Shown one piece after another: positions 8,663 through 16,019 of a DNA stretch of 16,019 nt. Origin of the DNA: an uncultured candidate division Zixibacteria bacterium (GTDB taxonomy: Bacteria; Zixibacteria; MSB-5A5; GN15; FEB-12); contig CAVTJJ010000001.1 of NCBI GenBank assembly GCA_963735035.1, positions 1 to 16,019 of the forward strand. The letters run 5' to 3'. Position 1 is the stretch's first letter; every line of letters begins with the position of its first letter. The notes beneath the pieces are model-generated. The model saw only the letters and a list, made by a program, of their open reading frames with translations, was not told the origin of the DNA and searched no databases. A program made the translations under genes and the position numbers.

Positions 8663-9301
8663 ATGGACCTAATTCAGCAGATTTCCGAGGAACTTCAAAA
8701 AGGTAACGCCGAACAAGTGGCCTCGCTCACACGCCGGGCCATCGACGACCGAACCGACATCAAGGCGATTCTGGACCGCGGCCTTATTGGCGGGATGTCG
8801 GTAGTCGGTGAGAAGTTCAAGAATCACGAGATCTTTCTTCCCGATGTACTCATGGCGGCCAAGGCCATGTATGCCGGGCTCGACCTGCTCAAGCCGCTCC
8901 TGATAGCGGCCGGAATTCCGAACATCGGCAAAGTCGTGATCGGTACGGTTCAGGGCGATCTGCACGATATCGGCAAGAACCTGGTCGGTATCATGCTCAA
9001 GGGCGCCGGGTTTGAAGTGATAGATCTCGGCAAAGACGTCCCGCCGGAGAAATTTGTAGATACCGCCATCGCCGAGAAAGCCGACGTGATCGGTCTCTCC
9101 GCTCTGCTGACTACCACTATGCCAATGATGCAGAAGGTCATTGAGATCGCCCGGCAGAAAGGTATTTACGGCCGGACTCGCGTAGTGGTGGGCGGAGCGC
9201 CTCTCACCGCCGAGTACGCCCGCCTGATCGGCGCCGATGCGTATTGTTTCGACGGCGTCAAAGCGGTGGAATGTATCAAAGGCTTTATGGGAGTTCGCTG
9301 A
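8663..9301 (+). CDS. Cobalamin-binding corrinoid protein (MttC/MtgC-like; MetH cap + B12-binding domains)
   Basis: Cap motif GMSVVGEKF...IFLPDVLMAAKAM. B12-binding GTVQGDLHDIGKNLV (DxHxxG), GLSALLTTT and VVGGAP. Confidence 0.95.
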   Translation: MDLIQQISEELQKGNAEQVASLTRRAIDDRTDIKAILDRGLIGGMSVVGEKFKNHEIFLPDVLMAAKAMYAGLDLLKPLLIAAGIPNIGKVVIGTVQGDLHDIGKNLVGIMLKGAGFEVIDLGKDVPPEKFVDTAIAEKADVIGLSALLTTTMPMMQKVIEIARQKGIYGRTRVVVGGAPLTAEYARLIGADAYCFDGVKAVECIKGFMGVR

Positions 9302-9302
9302 G

Positions 9303-10196
9303 ATGTCTGCGCTTCTCGATCGCATTTCCGCCGGGACTGTCGTTCTCTGCGACGGCGCCATGGGCACGATGCTGATCGAACGGGGCCTGAAGCTCGGCGA
9401 CTGCCCGGAAGCCTGGAACCTGTCGCGTCCGGAAGTCCTGACCGAAATAGCCCGGCAATATGCCGAGGCGGGCGCGGATATGGTCGAGACCAACACTTTC
9501 GGAGGCACCCCGCTAAAACTGGCTCAGTATGGATTGGATTCACGGACAGAAGACATCACTAGAAGCGCCATCCGAGCCGCCCGGACCGGAGCCGGCGCCA
9601 ATGTTCTGGTTGCCCTTTCCTGCGGACCGACCGGTCGCTTGCTCAATCCCTTTGGCGACACCGAGCCGGAAGAAATTCTCGCCTCTTTCGAACGACAAAT
9701 CAAAGCGGCGGTTTCTGAAGGAATTGACGCTATTATTATCGAGACGATGACCGACTTAACCGAGGCCACCCTGGCCATTCGGGCGGCCAAACAGTGTGCC
9801 CCTGGAATTCCGGTGGCAGCCACGATGACATTTGACCCGACTCCCAGAGGCTTCGTTACGGTCATGGGCGTCACAATTGAACGAGCCGCCGCCGGATTGA
9901 TTGCGGCCGGAGCCGACCTGATCGGGTCCAATTGTGGCAACGGAATCGACCAGATGGTGCAGATAGCCAATGAGTTCCGCAAACAGTCCGCGACGCCTCT
10001 GATTATCCAGGCCAATGCCGGTCTTCCGGTGCTGAAAGACAACCGAGCGGTCTACACTGAGTCTCCCCCATTCATGGCCGAACGGGTGAGACAACTGCTT
10101 GAAGCGGGCGTTGCGATCATGGGAGGGTGTTGCGGGACCACCCCGGACCATATTGCGGCTTTTCGACGAGAAATCGACCGTGCACATGCCATCTGA
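9303..10196 (+). CDS. Homocysteine S-methyltransferase family protein (MetH N-terminal Zn domain, stand-alone)
   Basis: Motifs DGAMGTML, ETNTFG, IIIETM, GSNCG, QANAGLP and GGCCGTTPDHI (Zn ligands). ATG 9303 lies 1 nt after the upstream TGA, so it is a better start than 9237. Confidence 0.93.
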   Translation: MSALLDRISAGTVVLCDGAMGTMLIERGLKLGDCPEAWNLSRPEVLTEIARQYAEAGADMVETNTFGGTPLKLAQYGLDSRTEDITRSAIRAARTGAGANVLVALSCGPTGRLLNPFGDTEPEEILASFERQIKAAVSEGIDAIIIETMTDLTEATLAIRAAKQCAPGIPVAATMTFDPTPRGFVTVMGVTIERAAAGLIAAGADLIGSNCGNGIDQMVQIANEFRKQSATPLIIQANAGLPVLKDNRAVYTESPPFMAERVRQLLEAGVAIMGGCCGTTPDHIAAFRREIDRAHAI

Positions 10197-10327
10197 AGGT
10201 GAAAGATCATCGCGAAATCGCTCGCCTTATCACCGGCTATCTTCAACCGGGACAATGGACAAACACTAACGAGCACGGATCGTGGCGTATTCTACAGGAT
10301 TTGGCTCTCAGATTAGTGTCGATTAGC

Positions 10328-10345
10328 TTGTGCAAAAAATCACTT
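10328..10345. promoter_or_regulatory. Rex/CRP-FNR-like operator candidate upstream of the cytochrome cluster
   Basis: TTGTGCAAAAAATCACTT resembles TTGTGAAnnnnTTCACAA, with the TGTGA-N6-TCACA geometry. Confidence 0.35.
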
Positions 10346-10456
10346 GCAAAGAGACCGGAAATGTCCGATATGAGGATTCTAAGTGACCCGCCTGGCGGGT
10401 AGCGGATGGGTCTGTCGTACGGCCTCCTTTGCGACAGCGAAAATGGTTGGGTTTCT

Positions 10457-12427
10457 ATGTTAATTAATAGACTGCTTGGCTTTGCCATACTATTGTCGGC
10501 TCTCCTCGGGTTCTCCGGATCATCTGTCCGGGCCGAGAATCTCGAGCCGCCTACGAAGAAAAATTGTCTGAGTTGCCACGAGAAGGACACCCAGAGAAAC
10601 GAAGAACGTGACCTGGCGTCGTTACTGGACTCATCATCGCACGCCGGGCTGGAATGCGTGGACTGTCACGCCGCCATCAAAGGTCTCCCCCACGACGAGA
10701 CAGTCGCGAAGGTCGACTGCGGAAGTTGTCACTCTGACATAGCGACAATCTATGATCGTCACGGACGGAAGAAACTCGGCACTGATCCGGATATTCCGGA
10801 ATGCGCCGATTGTCACGGCCATCACGACATACTAAGTTCCCAGAACCGCCGTTCGAGCACCAGCGCAGAGAACCTGCCTAACACCTGCGGCAGTTGCCAT
10901 GAAAACCTCGACTTGACCACCAAGCATGAGATTTTGTACGGCAATGCCATATCCGCCTTCAAGAGTTCGGTTCACGGACGCGCAATTACGGGAGGTGTTC
11001 TACTCGCTGCATCGTGCAACGACTGCCATTCCGCCGGAGGCACCGCCCACCGAATTTACGCTGCAAGTGACGCCCAATCGACGATCAACCACTTCAATAT
11101 TCCGAAGACCTGCGGACGGTGCCACTCGAGTGTGGAGCAGGAGTACTGGGAAGGTATACACGGCAAGCTGGTGGCGCGCGGCGAAGTCGATGCCCCGGTC
11201 TGCACCAACTGCCACGGTGAGCACGGCATCATTGCTACCTCCGACCCCCGGTCACCGGTCAGTCCGACCCGCGTGGCCGAAGCTACTTGTTCCCCGTGCC
11301 ACGAATCGGCCTACTTGAACGACAAGTACGGCATCCCCGGCGGTCGTTTGCGTTCATGGTACGACAGCTATCACGGATTGAAGAGCCGGGCCGGTGACGT
11401 GACCGTCGCCAACTGTGCCTCGTGTCACGGAGCGCACATGGTACTCCCCCGAGCCGATGCTCGCTCGTCGGTCAATCCCGACAACCTTCAAAAGACCTGC
11501 GGCCATTGTCATCAGGGGATTTCTTCGGAAGTGGCCAGCACCCCCATTCACGGCGAACCGGGGGTGTCACGGACTGAGGCCGCCAACGTCATTCAGAAGG
11601 TATATGTCATTGCGATTATAGTCATTATTGGCTCAATGCTGTTGCATTGGCTGATTGATCTAAGAAAACAGATCAAAAAGGTTCGCAACAAACTTCGCTT
11701 CAGACGGATGACGGTCAATGAGGTCGCCCAGCACTACTTCCTGATGATTACATTCATCGTCCTGGTGGTCACCGGCTTCTCGCTACGATACAAAGAATCC
11801 GGCTGGGTTACCTGGCTATTCGGCTGGGAAGGCGGCTCGCAGCTTCGCGGTGAAATTCACCGAGTGGCAGCCGTTTTGTTTACGATCGCGTCTTTCTGGC
11901 ACATGTTCTACCTGATTTCTCCGCGCGGCCGCCAGTTCCTGAAGGACATGATGCCGACCAAGAATGACTTTGTCCAATTCCTGGCGATGATACGCTTCAA
12001 TCTCGGAATGATTCCCGAGAAACCGGGTTTCGGCCGTTTCTCATACGTCGAGAAAGCCGAGTACTGGGCGCTGGTCTGGGGGACGGTTGTGATGGCCGCA
12101 ACCGGCTTCTTCCTCTGGTTCGAGAATCTGGCGGTGGCCTGGTTCCCCAAGGGAGCGCTCGACGTCATCCTGGTTATACATTATTATGAAGCCTGGCTCG
12201 CCACGCTGGCGATCTTGATCTGGCACATGTACTCCACCGTTTTCAGCCCCGGAGTATATCCGATGAATACCGCATGGATCGACGGCCAAATGCCGCTATC
12301 GGTATATCATCACGAGCATTCGGATGATCCGGAACTCAAGACCCCGGAGATGGCCGCCAAAGTGGCCGCGGCCAAGGCCGGAGCGGAAGAACCAAAGATT
12401 GATTACGGCCCTGCGGCGAGGATGTAG
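10457..12427 (+). CDS. CbcL-like inner-membrane multiheme cytochrome c (11 CxxCH) fused to a cytochrome b (FdnI/HydC-type) membrane domain
   Basis: Signal peptide from ATG 10457 (MLINRLLGFAILLSALLGFSGSSVRA); alternative start 10406. 11 CxxCH counted. C-terminal TM helices with candidate heme-b histidines (QHYFL, EIHRV, VIHYYEA, IWHMY) and RFSYVEKAEYWALVWG. Confidence 0.9.
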   Translation: MLINRLLGFAILLSALLGFSGSSVRAENLEPPTKKNCLSCHEKDTQRNEERDLASLLDSSSHAGLECVDCHAAIKGLPHDETVAKVDCGSCHSDIATIYDRHGRKKLGTDPDIPECADCHGHHDILSSQNRRSSTSAENLPNTCGSCHENLDLTTKHEILYGNAISAFKSSVHGRAITGGVLLAASCNDCHSAGGTAHRIYAASDAQSTINHFNIPKTCGRCHSSVEQEYWEGIHGKLVARGEVDAPVCTNCHGEHGIIATSDPRSPVSPTRVAEATCSPCHESAYLNDKYGIPGGRLRSWYDSYHGLKSRAGDVTVANCASCHGAHMVLPRADARSSVNPDNLQKTCGHCHQGISSEVASTPIHGEPGVSRTEAANVIQKVYVIAIIVIIGSMLLHWLIDLRKQIKKVRNKLRFRRMTVNEVAQHYFLMITFIVLVVTGFSLRYKESGWVTWLFGWEGGSQLRGEIHRVAAVLFTIASFWHMFYLISPRGRQFLKDMMPTKNDFVQFLAMIRFNLGMIPEKPGFGRFSYVEKAEYWALVWGTVVMAATGFFLWFENLAVAWFPKGALDVILVIHYYEAWLATLAILIWHMYSTVFSPGVYPMNTAWIDGQMPLSVYHHEHSDDPELKTPEMAAKVAAAKAGAEEPKIDYGPAARM

Positions 12428-12457
12428 TTATCTGATGTATTGGAATGAGGTCAGAGC

Positions 12458-15262
12458 TTGAGTCGTCAGTCGAACATACATCAGATTCTTTTCGCTGCGC
12501 TGTTCGGCCTGGCGCTGTTGCTAATCCCGGCCGTTGCGACCTCGCAGACCAACGACGACTGCATGGGCTGCCATGCGGACAAGGAACTAACCGGTGAACG
12601 CAACGGTCGAACCTTCTCGGCTTATGTCGACGCCAAGCGTTTCGCCCGCTCCAGCCACAAAGACCTCGATTGCATCAATTGTCATGCGTTTCTCGAAGGC
12701 GTAGAGGATTTCCCGCACAGCGACGTCAAACCGGTGCCGGTGGATTGCTCTACCTGTCACGATGACGTCGCCAAGCTCTACAATCAGAGTCTGCACGGTA
12801 AAGCCGCCGCCGCCGGCGAGGCCCTGGCGCCCCGATGCTGGGATTGCCACGGCTCCCATGATATCGAGCCGCCCAGCGCCGAGGATTCGCGGGTAACTAA
12901 GTTCAACATTCCCGTTATGTGCGGTCGGTGCCACAAAGAGGGTTCGCCGGTAGACCGCACCTATAATATCCCACAGGACAGCATCCTCGATCATTATTCC
13001 ATCTCGATGCACGGCGAAGGGCTCTACAAGCGCGGCCTGACCGTAACCGCCGTCTGCACCGATTGCCATACCGCCCATTTTGTCCTGCCACACACCGATC
13101 CCAGATCGAGCATCTTCCGCAACAATGTCGCCACGACATGCCAGAAATGTCACGGTCGTATCAAGGAAGTGCATCGGAAGGTCATTCGCGGCGAGATGTG
13201 GGAAAAGGAGCCGGACAAGGTTCCGGTCTGCGTCGACTGTCATCAGCCACACATGGTACGGCGCGTCTTTTACGACGAGGTATCCGACACCGAATGCATG
13301 AAGTGCCATGCGGATCGCAATCTCAGCATGATTCGAGACGGCGATACGATTTCCCTCTTCGTTGACACGCTCGAAACGCACAGTTCGATTCATCGGGCCA
13401 AGGCCTGCGCCCAGTGCCATACCAACGCCGATCCGGGCATGAAGCGACCCTGCGCCACAGTGCCCAACAAGGTTGACTGTGGCATCTGCCATACCGAAGT
13501 CGTGGACATGTTCGCTACTTCCACACACGGTATCCTCGACGATCGCGGAGATCCAAATGCTCCCAAGTGTGTAGATTGCCACGGCCGACACAACGTTCGT
13601 GGTCGGCGCGACCCCAAGTCACCTACTTTCCCGACCAATGTCCCGGCCATGTGCGAGTATTGCCATCAACACGGCGGGCAGGCGGCCATAAGGCGCGAAG
13701 CACGCGGCTTGACGGCCGATGCCGGCAAGTATCCCGAAAGTATTCACGGCAAAGGCTTGTTGGAAAGCGGTCTGGTCGTGACGGCTATGTGCACGGACTG
13801 CCACACGGCCCATCATGTGCTCCCGAAAGATAACCCGGAATCAAGCGTCAATCATAAGAACGTACCGCATACTTGCGCCAAGTGCCACAACGGTATTTAC
13901 GAAAAGTACGTCAAGAGCGTCCATGCCGATACGCTGGGAGTCTCCGACAAGAAGCTGCCCAACTGCGCCGACTGCCACCGTTCGCATACCATCGTCCGCA
14001 CCGACAGCCAGGGCTTCAAACAGCAGATTCTGAATCAATGCGGCAGTTGTCATATAGATGTAACCGAGACTTATTTCCAGACCTTCCACGGCAAAGTAAA
14101 CCAGCTCGGTGGGACGGTGGCGGCCAAGTGTCACGATTGTCATGGCTCGCACGACATCTTGCCACCGGACGATCCTAATTCGCACCTGTCACGTAATAAT
14201 ATCGTGGCCACGTGCGGCCAATGCCATGAGGGATCGCACCGCCGGTTCGCCGGGTACCTGACCCATGCGACACACCACGATCGGATCAAGTACCCGATTC
14301 TGTTCTACGTCTTCTGGTTCATGACCTGTCTGTTGGTCGGTACGCTCGCAGTAGCGACTGCCCACACCCTTCTTTGGTTGCCGCGCTCGTTCCAGATGAT
14401 GCGCCAACACCGGGCGATGCTGACCGAAGGTCATGATCGACGAATATATCGTCGCTTTACTCGGCAGCAGAGCGTCCTGCACATCCTCATGGTCACCAGC
14501 TTCATAGGCCTGGCGATCACGGGCATGACGCTGAAGTTCTCCTATCTTGGCTGGGCCCAGTGGTTATCCGAACTGTTGGGCGGTTTCGAATCAGCCGGGT
14601 TCATTCATCGCACCTGCGCGGTGATTACGGCGATCTACTTCTTCTCTCATATCTACTCCCTTATTAAGATGAAGCGCCGCGAGAAGAAGACCTGGATGGG
14701 CCTGCTGTTGGGCAAGGACTCCATGCTGCCGTCCTTGACCGACCTCAAGGAGATTTGGGGCACATTCAAGTGGTTTATCGGCCGAGGGCCGCGCCCCAGC
14801 TATGGTCGCTGGACGTACTGGGAGAAGTTCGACTACTTTGCGGTCTTCTGGGGCGTCGCGATCATCGGCTCCACCGGCCTGATGCTCTGGTTCCCTGAGT
14901 TCTTCACTCATTTTCTGCCGGGTTGGATGATCAACGTGGCAACCATCATCCATTCGGATGAGGCGCTCCTTGCGACCGCTTTCATCTTTACGGTCCATTT
15001 CTTCAACACGCATTTCCGGCCGGATCGCTTCCCTATGGATACGGTTATCTTTACCGGTCGCATGACGGTCGAGGAACTGAAAGCCGACCGACCGCGCGAG
15101 TATGAGGAGCTCGTTGAATCAGGCGAACTCGACAAGAACCTGACCGAGCCGCTGCCTGATACCGTGGTCAAAGCTATGAAAGTTTTTGGAGCTGTGGCCC
15201 TCATAGTAGGGCTCTCGCTTATTGTATTGGTCATCTACGCCGAGGTGTTCGGCTATCGTTGA
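12458..15262 (+). CDS. CbcL-like multiheme cytochrome c (19 CxxCH) fused to a cytochrome b membrane domain
   Basis: TTG start after GAGGT, then a signal peptide. 19 CxxCH counted. CbcL-type motifs YLTHATHHDRIKYP, RWTYWEKFDYFAVFWG, IIHSDEALLA, VHFFNTHFRP and FPMDTVIFTG. Confidence 0.92.
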   Translation: MSRQSNIHQILFAALFGLALLLIPAVATSQTNDDCMGCHADKELTGERNGRTFSAYVDAKRFARSSHKDLDCINCHAFLEGVEDFPHSDVKPVPVDCSTCHDDVAKLYNQSLHGKAAAAGEALAPRCWDCHGSHDIEPPSAEDSRVTKFNIPVMCGRCHKEGSPVDRTYNIPQDSILDHYSISMHGEGLYKRGLTVTAVCTDCHTAHFVLPHTDPRSSIFRNNVATTCQKCHGRIKEVHRKVIRGEMWEKEPDKVPVCVDCHQPHMVRRVFYDEVSDTECMKCHADRNLSMIRDGDTISLFVDTLETHSSIHRAKACAQCHTNADPGMKRPCATVPNKVDCGICHTEVVDMFATSTHGILDDRGDPNAPKCVDCHGRHNVRGRRDPKSPTFPTNVPAMCEYCHQHGGQAAIRREARGLTADAGKYPESIHGKGLLESGLVVTAMCTDCHTAHHVLPKDNPESSVNHKNVPHTCAKCHNGIYEKYVKSVHADTLGVSDKKLPNCADCHRSHTIVRTDSQGFKQQILNQCGSCHIDVTETYFQTFHGKVNQLGGTVAAKCHDCHGSHDILPPDDPNSHLSRNNIVATCGQCHEGSHRRFAGYLTHATHHDRIKYPILFYVFWFMTCLLVGTLAVATAHTLLWLPRSFQMMRQHRAMLTEGHDRRIYRRFTRQQSVLHILMVTSFIGLAITGMTLKFSYLGWAQWLSELLGGFESAGFIHRTCAVITAIYFFSHIYSLIKMKRREKKTWMGLLLGKDSMLPSLTDLKEIWGTFKWFIGRGPRPSYGRWTYWEKFDYFAVFWGVAIIGSTGLMLWFPEFFTHFLPGWMINVATIIHSDEALLATAFIFTVHFFNTHFRPDRFPMDTVIFTGRMTVEELKADRPREYEELVESGELDKNLTEPLPDTVVKAMKVFGAVALIVGLSLIVLVIYAEVFGYR
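12560..14029 (+). repeat. Internal tandem duplication of an 8-heme module (period 735 nt / 245 aa)
   Basis: Heme motifs 1/9 (12560/13295), 6/14 (13055/13790) and 8/16 (13229/13964) are each 735 nt apart. HGEGLYKRGLTVTAVCTDCHTAHFVLP matches HGKGLLESGLVVTAMCTDCHTAHHVLP. Confidence 0.85.
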
Positions 15263-15263
15263 C

Positions 15264-15300
15264 CGCGGAACCGGCGCCTCGGAGCGCCGCACGATCCGCG
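15264..15300 (+). other. GC-rich intergenic stem-loop without U-tract
   Basis: CGCGGA-ac-CGGCGC-ctcgga-GCGCCG-cacga-TCCGCG, a nested inverted repeat just after the stop codon. Confidence 0.45.
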
Positions 15301-15330
15301 CGTCCGTTCAGAAAGGATGATAAGGGACAT

Positions 15331-15986
15331 ATGGAGCGCAAACTGCCGCTTGCCTATTATAACTGGATCAGTATTATCGGCGCCTACATTGCATCGGTAT
15401 CACTTCTGCTGATTGTACTGTTCCTGGGCATCAGTATATTCTTTGAGTTCGCCTCAAACCCGTATCTGGGCATCGTCCAGTTCTTGATTCTTCCCGGGAG
15501 CTTGATGCTCGGGCTGGTGCTGATCCCCCTCGGTGCCTGGCGTCAGCGTCGTCGAATCCGCAAAGGTGTCGGCCAGGAACGCCGCCAGTGGCCGCGCATC
15601 GATTTCAACCTGAAGAGTCACCGGAACGCAGCAGCTATCTTTGCTTTTGGCAGCGTACTCGTCGTGTTTGTCTCGGCCGTGGTCAGCTATCAGACTTTCC
15701 ATTACACCGAGTCAGTGGAGTTTTGCGGGACCACCTGTCATCAGGTCATGAAACCGGAGTACACCGCTTACCAGAATTCTCCGCACGCTCGTGTTGCTTG
15801 CGCCTCGTGTCACATCGGTTCGGGCGCCAACTGGTATGTAAGATCCAAATTGTCGGGTGCATACCAGGTATATGCCGTCATTGCCGGCAACTATCCACGG
15901 CCGATCCCCACTCCGGTGGCGAATCTGCGTCCGGCGCAGGAGACTTGCGAGCAGTGTCATTGGCCTGAGAAATTCTTCGGAGCCCA
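15331..15986 (+). CDS. ImcH-like NapC/NirT-family inner-membrane multiheme cytochrome c (3' truncated)
   Basis: Not in the ORF track because there is no stop in the window. Manual translation from ATG 15331 (after AAGGGA): MERKLPLAYYNWISIIG...NPYLGIVQFLILP...three hydrophobic helices...YTESVEFCGTTCHQVMKPEYTAYQNSPHARVACASCHIGSGANWYVRSKLSG...LRPAQETCEQCHWPEKF. Confidence 0.88.
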
Positions 15987-16019
15987 AGCAATACGCAACG
16001 GAACCAAGCAACGCCAACA
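15987..16019 (+). other. Probable untrimmed Oxford Nanopore ligation-adapter remnant (technical artefact)
   Basis: AGCAATACGCAACGGAACCAAG matches adapter AGCAATACGTAACTGAACGAAG (recalled sequence) at 19/22 positions, at the very end of the sequence. Confidence 0.75.

Noticed and set aside
9237..9302. Upstream start for the homocysteine methyltransferase
   Set aside because: It would overlap the corrinoid gene by 65 nt. ATG 9303 gives the typical family N-terminus.
5455..13591. Long antisense or alternate-frame ORFs (5455..6306, 8669..9508, 12587..13591 and others)
   Set aside because: They are shadows of well-supported genes in GC-rich DNA and show no recognisable motifs.
15454..16017. Listed ORFs 15454..15702, 15588..15968 and 15712..16017
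   Set aside because: They overlap the real ImcH-like frame that starts at 15331.

Overview
Bacterial DNA; the cohesin/dockerin-like proteins suggest candidate division Zixibacteria (inference from protein style only). There are four blocks. (1) <1-4160 (minus): one very large secreted protein with at least three ~400-aa repeats of [cohesin-like + dockerin-like + beta-sandwich]. It is broken by two tight clusters of indels that are probably read errors. (2) 4510-6345 (plus, divergent): a secreted M64 zinc peptidase with a C-terminal dockerin-like domain. (3) 6471-10196: a tightly packed four-gene corrinoid methyl-transfer operon (non-pyrrolysine MttB/MtgB-family methyltransferase, stand-alone MetH reactivation domain, corrinoid protein, homocysteine S-methyltransferase). 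It resembles a split methionine synthase in which an amine demethylase replaces the folate module. (4) 10457->15986: two tandem CbcL-like multiheme cytochrome c/cytochrome b fusions (11 and 19 CxxCH; the second has an internal 735-bp, 8-heme duplication), then a truncated ImcH-like NapC/NirT cytochrome. The last ~33 nt resemble an untrimmed Oxford Nanopore adapter.
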